This document shows, piece by piece, positions 37,808-46,964 of a stretch of 60,161 bases of DNA (position 1 is the stretch's first letter; the number at the start of each line of letters is the position of its first letter). The translations under genes and the position numbers were made by a program. Source of the DNA: Candidatus Daviesbacteria bacterium (GTDB lineage: Bacteria > Patescibacteriota > Microgenomatia > Daviesbacterales > UBA10151); contig DOWS01000020.1 in the NCBI GenBank assembly GCA_003519445.1, forward strand, positions 1 through 60,161, written 5' to 3'. The notes under the pieces were generated by a model. That model saw only the letters and a program-made list of their open reading frames with translations. It made no database searches and was not told where the DNA came from.

Positions 37808-38398
37808 TTATTTCTTCTGCCAATCTCTGGCAGGTTCAACTTCCCCGCTTAAAATCAAATCTACTGCTTTTTTGTGCCAGTCAAATTTGGTTATATGATA
37901 CACCTGCTTAAAATATTTTAACGCATTTTGAGCCCCGGGTACACCCTTGGCTTGGGCCAAGGCATCTAAATTATCAGCTGCTTTTACTACTCTTGCCTCC
38001 ATTGTATTCCTTTGATTATATTCTTCAACCAGTTCAATTATTTCTTTTTTAGAATCCAAACCGTCAACCAAGGCAGCCACCCCTTCTTCTTCAATATTTT
38101 TAAAAACCCCTCCTGCCATACCTTTGACAAAAGTCCCCACATCCCCCACAATTGTTTCTCCAATATCATGAACCAGTCCCATTTTTAAAACTTTTTCAGC
38201 ATCTAAATTTAATCCTTCTTTTTGTAATTGTTTTGCTAAAAAATAGGCCAAAAGGGCAGTGGAAAAAGAATGTGCTGCCACAGAATCCGCCTCATTTCTT
38301 TTAAACCCCATTGCAATAAAACCCTGTCTGGGAAGCTCCTTGGCCCACTGCAAGGTTAAAAATACTTTTAAAATTTTTTTAAGATCATTTATTTTCAT
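37808..38398 (-). CDS. HD-domain phosphohydrolase (YfbR-like)
   Basis: R.G, SVAAHS, VHDIGE..VGD, AD.LD. Confidence 0.88.
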   Translation of the reverse strand: MKINDLKKILKVFLTLQWAKELPRQGFIAMGFKRNEADSVAAHSFSTALLAYFLAKQLQKEGLNLDAEKVLKMGLVHDIGETIVGDVGTFVKGMAGGVFKNIEEEGVAALVDGLDSKKEIIELVEEYNQRNTMEARVVKAADNLDALAQAKGVPGAQNALKYFKQVYHITKFDWHKKAVDLILSGEVEPARDWQKK

Positions 38399-39852
38399 TT
38401 CTTTCTCTTTTCCGGGCGGAGCATGGGAAATGCTATCACATCGGCAATAGCAGGGGAGTTAGTCAAAACCATTACCCACCTATCTATTCCCGGACCAATT
38501 CCGGAAGTGGGAGGCATACCATATTCCAAAGCCTCCAAAAAATCATCATCTGTTTTTTGCGCTTCCTGATTTCCCTTTTTGGCTTTCTTTTTTTCCTCAT
38601 TCCAGGCTTCTTGTAAAACAGCAGGGTCATTTTGCTCGCTCCAGTTGGTACCCATTTCCATGCCTGCCACATAAATATCAAAGCTTTCCACCAGTTTTGG
38701 ATTATCTTTTTTTCTTTTGGCCAAAGGGTAAAAATCAGCAGGGTAGTCATAAACAAAGGTTGGCTGAATCAATTGATCCGTGCATTTTTTCTCAAAAATC
38801 TCCAGCAAAATCTCCCCGTCAGTCATGTAATCTTTTATTTCCACCCCTAATTTTTTAGCAAGTTTTATTGCTTTTTCCAAACTGTCTATTTCATGAAAAT
38901 GTACACCTGTGTGTTTTTTAAATAAATCCGAAAGCTTCACTCTCTGCCAAGGTCTTTTGTAATCTATAATTTTGCCTTGAAAGGGCAGTTTTGTTGTTTT
39001 AAAAACTGCTCTTGCCACATATTCAAACATCTCCTCAATTAAATTCATATTATCCATATAATCCGCATAAGCTTCCATTGTTTCCAGCATGGTAAATTCG
39101 GGATTGTGGTTTCTATCCATTCCCTCATTTCTAAAAACATGGCCGATTTCAAAAACTTTCTCAAATCCACCCACAATTAATCTTTTTAAATAAAGCTCAT
39201 TGGAAATTCTTAAATAAAAATTACTGTCCAAAGCGCTGTGATGAGTTTTAAAGGGCTTGGCCCTGCCTCCGCCGTAAACCGGCTGCAAAATGGGGTTTTC
39301 CACTTCCATATAACCTTTTTCCTCAATTAAAAATTTTCTAATATAATAGGTAATTTTAGAGCGGGCCTCAAAGATTTTTTTGACACTATCATTCATTAAC
39401 ATGTCAACATATCTTCTCCTGTATCTTTCTTCCACATCTTTCAGGCCATACCAGGAAGAGGGTAAAGGACGCAAACTTTTAGTTAAAACAGTAAAATCAT
39501 CCGCGTCAACAGTAATCTCGCCCGACTGGGTTCTAATAACATTTCCCGTTACCTGCAGAAAATCCCCAAGGTCAAAATTGGGCAGTAGATCATACTGTTC
39601 GCCTTTAAAGCCATCCTGTCTGAATAAAAGCTGAATTTTGCCGGTAGCGTCTTCCAAATCAACAAAGGTAATTTTTCCATGAGGACGAAGGGATCTTACT
39701 CTTCCTGCCACCGCCACCTTTTTCCCCATCATTTTCCTAGCAACAAAAATCTCATGCTTCCTATTGGACTTTGAAGGGAAAGGATTAATCCCCAGTCTCT
39801 GGATATTTTTTAATTTCTTAAGACGCTCTTTTTGAAGATTCTCTAAAGCCAT
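38395..39852 (-). CDS. lysS: Lysine--tRNA ligase (class II)
   Basis: RYRRRYVD, YLRIS.ELYLKRL, FRNEG, YGMPP..G.G.GIDR. Confidence 0.97.
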   Translation of the reverse strand: MALENLQKERLKKLKNIQRLGINPFPSKSNRKHEIFVARKMMGKKVAVAGRVRSLRPHGKITFVDLEDATGKIQLLFRQDGFKGEQYDLLPNFDLGDFLQVTGNVIRTQSGEITVDADDFTVLTKSLRPLPSSWYGLKDVEERYRRRYVDMLMNDSVKKIFEARSKITYYIRKFLIEEKGYMEVENPILQPVYGGGRAKPFKTHHSALDSNFYLRISNELYLKRLIVGGFEKVFEIGHVFRNEGMDRNHNPEFTMLETMEAYADYMDNMNLIEEMFEYVARAVFKTTKLPFQGKIIDYKRPWQRVKLSDLFKKHTGVHFHEIDSLEKAIKLAKKLGVEIKDYMTDGEILLEIFEKKCTDQLIQPTFVYDYPADFYPLAKRKKDNPKLVESFDIYVAGMEMGTNWSEQNDPAVLQEAWNEEKKKAKKGNQEAQKTDDDFLEALEYGMPPTSGIGPGIDRWVMVLTNSPAIADVIAFPMLRPEKRKK

Positions 39853-39894
39853 GGCTAAAGTATAACCGAAGATTGCGGTTTTTGAAAGAAGAAA

Positions 39895-40644
39895 TTATTT
39901 AAGTTCACCAACTACATACTGCGAATCTCTTTGGGTTAATCTCATCCCGAAATCTTTCATCCTCCTTCGAAATTCCATGGTGGGACCATGATCTGGTCTT
40001 GAGACATAAGCTCTATTTGGTTCAAGATAATCATCCCTACTTACTCCTGTCCTCCAATCAACAGCTCTTCCATTTAAGCGGACTCTCATAAAGAGCCCTG
40101 CCATAATCTCTTGCGCTAGGGGATCTATATCGTACAAACCATCCCATGGATGAAGTCGTCCTGGTACAAATATTCCCGACTCACGAACTGAATATGCTGC
40201 TACTGGGTTTGATGTTCTATGTCCATACCACCTTGCTTCTTGATGTATAATCAAAGCTTGTTGCACAGAGTATCTTCCCAAATGTAATCCTCTGTACTGT
40301 TCCTCGAACGCTCGAAAAACATGATAAAGAAGGGGGATGTCTCCTGTAGATGTACGGATATGGAATAGACGCTGGAGTGAAATTCCTATTTTCTCATCTT
40401 CTGTTCTCGTCCTAAATAACATAACACTTGGAATTTCACTCTCTTTTCTGCGATCAAGGACTTTCATTGCCCTTTCCATCATTTCCTTGGCTGCTGCTTC
40501 TCCCCACACAATTGTCGCAAAATTGATGGCAATTCCTCTTAAAGAATCCAAATTTTCCACATAAGAGTCACCGGTATACACATCTACCGCAAATCCATCA
40601 TGCTCAATTGTTCTAGCTCCCCGAGATTCTGCTGTCATTATCAT
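39895..40644 (-). CDS. Hypothetical protein, possible GNAT fold
   Basis: EEQYRGLHLG resembles the acetyl-CoA-binding motif; RTSNP. Confidence 0.55.
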   Translation of the reverse strand: MIMTAESRGARTIEHDGFAVDVYTGDSYVENLDSLRGIAINFATIVWGEAAAKEMMERAMKVLDRRKESEIPSVMLFRTRTEDEKIGISLQRLFHIRTSTGDIPLLYHVFRAFEEQYRGLHLGRYSVQQALIIHQEARWYGHRTSNPVAAYSVRESGIFVPGRLHPWDGLYDIDPLAQEIMAGLFMRVRLNGRAVDWRTGVSRDDYLEPNRAYVSRPDHGPTMEFRRRMKDFGMRLTQRDSQYVVGELK

Positions 40645-40706
40645 AGTATAATCAGACAGGAATTATACTTCATATATAAAAATAATGCAATTTTTAGTCT
40701 GAAATA

Positions 40707-41972
40707 TTAGATCATATCAGTTAATTTTCCATACTTTTTGATGAAATCTACGGCATCTTTTCTAGTCCCTGAGGAGAGCAGTTTTTCCAGAATATAGAAT
40801 AAATCGTGCAGCGAAACAAACATCTTCACAAAATTAGGTATGGCCAATCCTTTATATTGTTTAAGCGCACCATTCTCAAGCATAAAATTGATAAAGATAA
40901 CTCCTCCTAAAGCATAATTTCCCATAAATTTAGTTTTCTTGTATTGTTCTATCAGATAAAAACTTCTGCAAATAAATGTCACAAACATGGATACAAGCTG
41001 TTTATCTGTAATTATGTCTTTGACAAGTAAAGACCCTGCTATTCTCATTCCCAAAACAGTGGCACTAAGCTCATAAAGCGCGGGAAGTAAATCTTGAAGC
41101 TTTGTAAATGCATTTTTATAGTATAAGTAGCTGTGAGCTATCTCATGAAGCGCCACATAACGCAAGCTGGCTCTTCTTAAATCTTCCCTGCTAAATCCTT
41201 GTCTAAATCCGGGTGAAAAGAACTTATTAAAGGCAGGAATTATCTGTTCCTCCATTCTGAAGTCATTGGCATTTTCAAAGAGTGTAATTTCAGAACCGTA
41301 TTTTTTAACCCATTGGAGATCATTGGGTAGATTTACTCCGATAAACTTGGTTCTAGCCATCAAGCCGGAGAATAAAAGCACATCATCAACTTTTGATTTA
41401 ACCAGATGATTTTCCTCAATTCTTTCTCCGGGAATTAAAGCTTTTCTGTGAGTAGCCAAAGCTACATCTTCATAAAGCTTAAGCCTTTTTGTTCTTTTTT
41501 CATTAATTACTCCAACCCAAGCCTGATAAGAAGCTTTGGCAAAAAACAATTGTTCGTCGAAATATACAACAGGCCCTATTGAGATATCCAGAATATAGGG
41601 TGGCATTTTAAGCCAAGTGGCAATGGCTTTTTCATAGGTTCCGTCCAGCAGGGCTTTGGCCTGCACTTTTAGGGCATTGGCAAATTGTTTATTGTCGCTT
41701 ACTTTGGCAGCTTCTTCCAGCTTTTCAGCCACAGGTTTTAACAATTTGGCATATTTAACATGATATGGAGTTGCCACCAGTTTACCCTTGACTTTTTCCA
41801 CCACCGTATAGGGAGAAGAAGAGAATGAATCATTTTTTGCCTGTTTTTCCTGTTCCAGATAGATCGGGGCAATTAATTTGCCTGCTTCTACCAGAAGATC
41901 TAAAACTTTTCTTTCGTTTTTGGAAAGTTTAGGCAATTTTGGATTAAATTCTAATAAAGGTAAATCGCTCAT
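40707..41972 (-). CDS. Peptidase M49-like (DPP III-related) metalloprotein, HEXXH type
   Basis: SPYTVV, PYHVKY, IGVNLPND..VKKYGS, LHEIAH. Confidence 0.72.
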   Translation of the reverse strand: MSDLPLLEFNPKLPKLSKNERKVLDLLVEAGKLIAPIYLEQEKQAKNDSFSSSPYTVVEKVKGKLVATPYHVKYAKLLKPVAEKLEEAAKVSDNKQFANALKVQAKALLDGTYEKAIATWLKMPPYILDISIGPVVYFDEQLFFAKASYQAWVGVINEKRTKRLKLYEDVALATHRKALIPGERIEENHLVKSKVDDVLLFSGLMARTKFIGVNLPNDLQWVKKYGSEITLFENANDFRMEEQIIPAFNKFFSPGFRQGFSREDLRRASLRYVALHEIAHSYLYYKNAFTKLQDLLPALYELSATVLGMRIAGSLLVKDIITDKQLVSMFVTFICRSFYLIEQYKKTKFMGNYALGGVIFINFMLENGALKQYKGLAIPNFVKMFVSLHDLFYILEKLLSSGTRKDAVDFIKKYGKLTDMI

Positions 41973-42457
41973 TTTATCTCCAGTACTTTACACTTATACC
42001 TGACAATTGGCGTGGCTACATCTACCTCTTCCCCTTTTTTAGCTCCGAGCAGGGCCATGCCCAAAGGGCACTCATTGGAAATTCTTTTTTTGGAAGGATC
42101 TGCCTCCACCCTTCCCACAATTTTGAATTCATCAATCCCGTCATCCATTTCTATTTTAACAGTTGACCCAATCACTATAAAGTCAGTTGTTTGTTTTTCC
42201 GAGATAACTTTGGCGCTTTTTAAAATATTCTCCAGCTCGGAAATCCTGTTTTCCATCATGGCCTGCTCGTCCATGGCTGCGTCATATTCGGAGTTTTCCG
42301 TGATATCTCCATACTCCCTGGCCTGATGGATCCGCTCTGCAATTTGCACCCTTTTGGTTTTCTTAAGATATTCCAGTTCAATCCTGGCATCTGAAAGACC
42401 TTTTGAAGTGAGATACGTATTTTTAATTTCTCTAGAGCTCTTCTGTATTTTTGACAT
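41969..42457 (-). CDS. greA: Transcription elongation factor GreA
   Basis: AREYGDITENSEYDAA, IS.ECPLG.AL; TTGACA-17-TAAAAT 6 nt before ATG 42457. Confidence 0.95.
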   Translation of the reverse strand: MSKIQKSSREIKNTYLTSKGLSDARIELEYLKKTKRVQIAERIHQAREYGDITENSEYDAAMDEQAMMENRISELENILKSAKVISEKQTTDFIVIGSTVKIEMDDGIDEFKIVGRVEADPSKKRISNECPLGMALLGAKKGEEVDVATPIVRYKCKVLEIK

Positions 42458-42495
42458 CGGCAAATTTTAATTCAAATCCCCACAAATGTCAATTG

Positions 42496-42567
42496 TAGCG
42501 CATAGGGGAATCGGACCCCTGCCTCTGCCTTGAGAAAGCAGCGTCTTAACCGCTTGACTAATGCGCC
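42496..42567 (-). tRNA. tRNA-Glu (CTC), CCA not encoded
   Basis: Cloverleaf GGCGCAT/ATGCGCT, D arm GTC/GAC, anticodon arm CTGCT-TTCTCAA-GGCAG, T arm AGGGG-TCCGATT-CCCCT. Confidence 0.92.
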
Positions 42568-42628
42568 TTAAACACCAAAATTATACCAATTGTTGACCCG
42601 TAGATAAAGCTTCTGTTACTCTTAAAAC

Positions 42629-43909
42629 ATGTCAACTGCTCTTTTGATATTGGTAACCATCGCAAGCGTTATTTCGGTTATGGCAGCAATAATTTGGATT
42701 TTAAAACTACGGAGGCAGCTGTCTGAAAATACCAGAAATGCAGCACAACTTGCCCCTACTTTGCGCCAACTGGAGACAGAACGGGATATTGCCATTGCGG
42801 CCAGAGATAAAACAAATGAGATTCTTGCTTCCGTCATAGATGGCATTGTGGCCCTGGATTTTAATAAAAATGTCATTTTGCTAAATAAAGCTGCCCAGGA
42901 GTTAACAGGCTACAGCGAAACGGAAATTCAAGGTAGGCCAATTGATCGGATGATTCGACTTTTTAGCGAACAGGAAGAAATTCTGCCCAAAACTTATTGT
43001 CAGGGCAGTTTCAATAAACCTGTCAAAGTGGTGGGGAAAGAGGGCAAGCAAACAAAAGTTAACCTGATGACCACCCAGGCAGAGGGATCAGTCCAAACCA
43101 ATTTAGGCTGTATTTTAATTTTGCATGATTTATCCAAAGAAGAAGAACTGGAACAAATGAAATTGGATTTTGTCTCTATGGCATCTCACGAGCTAAAAAC
43201 GCCCCTTACCAGCATTATTGGTTATCTTTCAGTATTTCTGGATGAAGCTGGAAATAAACTTCCCAAGGAAAATTTGGATCTTCTGGATAAAGCATTTGTA
43301 TCTGCCAAACAGCTTCAAACTTTAATCCAGAATTTATTAAATGTTAACAAAATAGAAAGAGAACGCCTTGATGTGGAAGTTGAACCTATTAATTTAAATG
43401 ATAATTTCGGCAAAGCAATTGAGGATTTACAAAACCAGGCTAAACTGAAAAATATCTCGTTGAATTTTTCAAGAGATGATACTCTTCCAAAAGTCCTGGC
43501 CGATCCGGTGCGTATCGGGGAAGTAATCAATAACCTGGTTGCAAACGCCATTAATTATACCTCTGCAGGAGGCAAGATTACCGTTTACATGAAGGCCTCT
43601 CCCAATGAGGTTACCACAACTGTTGAAGATACTGGAATGGGTATATCCCAAGAGGCAATTCCCCATCTTTTTAGCAAATTCTTCCGTGTTTCCAATTCCA
43701 TGCAAAAAGGAAATAAAGGAACTGGTTTGGGACTTTATATCAGCAAATCAATCATCCAAAAACTAAATGGAAAGATTTGGGTAGAATCAGAGGTAGGAAA
43801 GGGGTCTAAATTCCATTTCAGCCTACCTGTGGCAATACAGGATACCAGCTCATTAGACCGGAATAAATTTGTCAGCGAAGCTATTCAAACCGGGGCTTTG
43901 AATTATTAA
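42629..43909 (+). CDS. PAS-domain sensor histidine kinase
   Basis: TM, PAS, ASHELKTPL, NAINY, DTG.G, GTGLGL. Confidence 0.95.
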   Translation: MSTALLILVTIASVISVMAAIIWILKLRRQLSENTRNAAQLAPTLRQLETERDIAIAARDKTNEILASVIDGIVALDFNKNVILLNKAAQELTGYSETEIQGRPIDRMIRLFSEQEEILPKTYCQGSFNKPVKVVGKEGKQTKVNLMTTQAEGSVQTNLGCILILHDLSKEEELEQMKLDFVSMASHELKTPLTSIIGYLSVFLDEAGNKLPKENLDLLDKAFVSAKQLQTLIQNLLNVNKIERERLDVEVEPINLNDNFGKAIEDLQNQAKLKNISLNFSRDDTLPKVLADPVRIGEVINNLVANAINYTSAGGKITVYMKASPNEVTTTVEDTGMGISQEAIPHLFSKFFRVSNSMQKGNKGTGLGLYISKSIIQKLNGKIWVESEVGKGSKFHFSLPVAIQDTSSLDRNKFVSEAIQTGALNY

Positions 43910-43934
43910 TTGACTGATATACAATAAATATACT

Positions 43935-44348
43935 ATGGATCCGGCATCTAAAAAAATTTTACTTGTTGAAGATGAAGATTTTATCAGGGAACTTTATGTT
44001 AGGCAACTCACAAAAGCAGGATTCCAGGTTAAAAGCGCTGTTGATGGAACAAGCGGACTGGAAACATTAAAAGCAGAAACCTTTGACCTACTGCTTCTGG
44101 ATATCATGTTGCCGGGAATGAATGGTCTGCAGCTTTTACGGGAATTTAAGACAAATAATCCCACTTCACCCATGATTACCATACTTTTGACTAATTTAGG
44201 CCAAGAGGCTGTTATCAAGGAAGGGTTTGAGCTTGGAGCCCAAGCTTATTTAATTAAAGCATCCTACACTCCGGATCAAGTAGTCAGTGAAGTTAAAAAT
44301 GCCCTTTTTGGTGGCCAACCCGTCCCTCCCCCCAATCCAACTCAATAA
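43935..44348 (+). CDS. Single-domain response regulator
   Basis: LLVEDE, LLDIMLP.MNG, LTN, YLIK; no output domain. Confidence 0.93.
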   Translation: MDPASKKILLVEDEDFIRELYVRQLTKAGFQVKSAVDGTSGLETLKAETFDLLLLDIMLPGMNGLQLLREFKTNNPTSPMITILLTNLGQEAVIKEGFELGAQAYLIKASYTPDQVVSEVKNALFGGQPVPPPNPTQ

Positions 44349-46355
44349 TTATTTTAAAAAAGGTACTAATAGTAATGCTACTATATTTACTACTTTTATC
44401 ATGGGATTAATGGCAGGGCCCGCCGTGTCTTTATAAGGGTCGCCCACCGTATCGCCGGTCACCGCAGCCTTGTGAGCATCTGATCCTTTTCCTCCAAATT
44501 TGCCGGACTCAATATATTTTTTGGCATTATCCCAGGCAGCTCCACCAGTGGTCATGGAAATGGCCACAAAAATCCCTGTAATTATTGACCCCACCAGCAT
44601 CCCGCCTAAAGCCACCGGCCCCAAGACAAATCCTACAATAACTGGGGCCAAAACCGGAATTAAAGCGGGGATTAACATCTCTTTTTGTGCAGAAGCTGTC
44701 ACAATTTCCACACATCTGGCATAATCCGGTTTGGCTTTTCCCTCCATAATTCCCTTAATAGTTTTAAACTGACGGCGGACTTCCTCTACCACTGCCCCTC
44801 CGGCTTTGCCCACTGCCTCCATGGCAAAGGAAGCAAAAAGATAGGGGAGTGATCCTCCCACAAAAAGCCCTACAATCACCTTAGGGTCAGATAAACTAAA
44901 TTGCAGCTCCCTGCCAATTGAGACAAATTCCTGCGAATAGGCCGCGAATAAAACCAGAGCTGCCAGACCGGCCGAGGCAATGGCATAACCTTTGGTCACA
45001 GCCTTAGTAGTATTACCCACTGCGTCCAATGGATCTGTCACTTTACGGACGCTTTCCGGCAGATTAGCCATTTCGGCAATCCCGCCGGCATTATCCGTAA
45101 TCGGGCCAAAAGCATCAATGGCCACAATAATCCCGGCCAAAGACAGCATTCCCACTGCTGCCAAAGCTATGCCATAAAGCCCTGCCAAAGAAAAAGAAAG
45201 CAATACTGCCGCTGAAATCAAAATAACCGGAGCAAAAGTGGATTTCATGCTGGTGGCAAGACCGGCAATAATATTGGTGGCATGGCCGGTTTGGGATGAT
45301 CCGGCAAGGTGTTGAACAGGACCGTATTTAGTACCTGTATAATACTCTGTAATAAATACCATGCCTGCTGTCACTAAAACTCCAGTCAACAAGGCAAAAT
45401 AAAGATTCAAGGGAATAAAAGTAGCGTTTCCAGCCATTAAACTTGAAACCACCGGATAAAAGCTTAAGGCGCAAAAAGCAATAGTTGCAGCCAACCCCCA
45501 ATACAGCGCCCCCATAATGGCCTTGCCCCGCAGTTTTACAAACAAACTGCCCAAAATTGAGGCTACAGCAGCCACTGCCAAAATAACCAGGGGAAAAGTT
45601 AGCGCTCCTTCAAAAGTTGGCATTAAAAGCTGACCCAAAATCATAGCTGCAATAGCTGTTATTGCATAAGTTTCAAAAATATCAGCTGCCATGCCCGCAT
45701 CATCACCCACATTGTCTCCCACATTATCAGCAATGACTGCCGGATTTCTAGGATCATCCTCCGGAATGCCTGCCTCTATTTTTCCCACCAAATCCGCCCC
45801 CACATCCGCCCCTTTGGTAAAAATTCCTCCGCCCAAACGGGCAAAAACAGAAATCAAGGACCCCCCAAAACCTAAACCAATTAAAGCTTTTAAATCCCCA
45901 CCAGTATACTGGTAAAATCCCCAGACCGCACCCAAAGCCAGTCCTACCACTAAAAATCCGGTGACTGCCCCGCCTTTATAAGCCAAGGAAAAAGCTTCTT
46001 TCAAGCCTTTTTTTGCTTCCTCTGCCACCCTAACATTGGCCCGGACTGCCACAGACATGCCTATAAACCCGGCCAAAGCAGAAAAAAAAGCTCCTGTCAG
46101 AAAACCTACGGCGCTATTTTGCCCGAGAAAATAATAAATTCCGGCTGCCAGAATTACAGCTACCACAGCCACTACCATGTATTGTCTTTTTAAATAAGCA
46201 GCTGCTCCTACTTGAATAGCAGAGGCAATCTCCCTCATCTTCCCATCCCCTGCCGGATGTCGCACAATATCAACAATTAGCCATCCGCCATATGCAAGAG
46301 AAGCCGCCACAGCTGACCAGATAATTAAGCTGGTATTGTTTATAATTAAGTCCAC
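44349..46355 (-). CDS. hppA: Membrane-bound H+-translocating pyrophosphatase, K+-independent signature
   Basis: [35 protein letters not shown]. Confidence 0.95.
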   Translation of the reverse strand: MDLIINNTSLIIWSAVAASLAYGGWLIVDIVRHPAGDGKMREIASAIQVGAAAYLKRQYMVVAVVAVILAAGIYYFLGQNSAVGFLTGAFFSALAGFIGMSVAVRANVRVAEEAKKGLKEAFSLAYKGGAVTGFLVVGLALGAVWGFYQYTGGDLKALIGLGFGGSLISVFARLGGGIFTKGADVGADLVGKIEAGIPEDDPRNPAVIADNVGDNVGDDAGMAADIFETYAITAIAAMILGQLLMPTFEGALTFPLVILAVAAVASILGSLFVKLRGKAIMGALYWGLAATIAFCALSFYPVVSSLMAGNATFIPLNLYFALLTGVLVTAGMVFITEYYTGTKYGPVQHLAGSSQTGHATNIIAGLATSMKSTFAPVILISAAVLLSFSLAGLYGIALAAVGMLSLAGIIVAIDAFGPITDNAGGIAEMANLPESVRKVTDPLDAVGNTTKAVTKGYAIASAGLAALVLFAAYSQEFVSIGRELQFSLSDPKVIVGLFVGGSLPYLFASFAMEAVGKAGGAVVEEVRRQFKTIKGIMEGKAKPDYARCVEIVTASAQKEMLIPALIPVLAPVIVGFVLGPVALGGMLVGSIITGIFVAISMTTGGAAWDNAKKYIESGKFGGKGSDAHKAAVTGDTVGDPYKDTAGPAINPMIKVVNIVALLLVPFLK

Positions 46356-46410
46356 GAGAAAGAATTTACACTACCCTGCTTTATTAAGTCAAGAGGCAGC
46401 AACTGAAAAA

Positions 46411-46575
46411 TTACTGTCCTGTAGAACCGGCAGGCGGTGGATTATTTCCACCTTCACTTCCTTCACCTTTCAAACCAGCAACAAAAGCATCAAATACCTT
46501 TCGTCCTTCCGGGGGTAATTCTGAACTATCAAATACTCCCAAACTTCCTCTAACATGAGCTATAAATGCTTCCAT
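46411..46575 (-). CDS. Possible 54-aa protein or 3' gene remnant (not in ORF track)
   Basis: MEAFIAHVRGSLGVFDSSELPPEGRKVFDAFVAGLKGEGSEGGNNPPPAGSTGQ. Confidence 0.4.
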   Translation of the reverse strand: MEAFIAHVRGSLGVFDSSELPPEGRKVFDAFVAGLKGEGSEGGNNPPPAGSTGQ

Positions 46576-46616
46576 ACCAGCTTGGTCGTATTCGTAGTAT
46601 GGTAATATGTCCCTAA

Positions 46617-46841
46617 ATGAACTATTTTATTATTGGCAATTTAGACAAGGAACAACTTGATGGATTGGCTAAACTTATGTTTGATTTAGCTAAAGCATCA
46701 TTTATTTTGGCAATTTTCCCTTCGGCTCTAACTGAAGATTTAACTATCAAATTATTCAAGATATTACTTGGACTATTTTGGGGACTTGTCTGTACCTATC
46801 TCGCTCTGCTATTATTAAAAATGAAAGGAAAATCTTTATGA
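46617..46841 (+). CDS. Small two-TM protein
   Basis: 74 aa, LAKLMFDLAK; TGgTAATAT 8 nt before ATG. Confidence 0.7.
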   Translation: MNYFIIGNLDKEQLDGLAKLMFDLAKASFILAIFPSALTEDLTIKLFKILLGLFWGLVCTYLALLLLKMKGKSL

Positions 46842-46963
46842 GTTTTTCTGAAATCTTATTGCAACTTTATAATACCGGTATTTTAGCTATTGCTATAATG
46901 GCTTTAGCTATTGCCATTGTTATTCACGCTCAACTAAAAAGCCACCCTAGTAAAAGAAGATAA
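46838..46963 (+). CDS. Single-TM peptide, 41 aa
   Basis: MSFSEILLQLYNTGILAIAIMALAIAIVIHAQLKSHPSKRR; ATGA overlap and AAAGGA SD. Confidence 0.6.
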   Translation: MSFSEILLQLYNTGILAIAIMALAIAIVIHAQLKSHPSKRR

Positions 46964-46964
46964 T

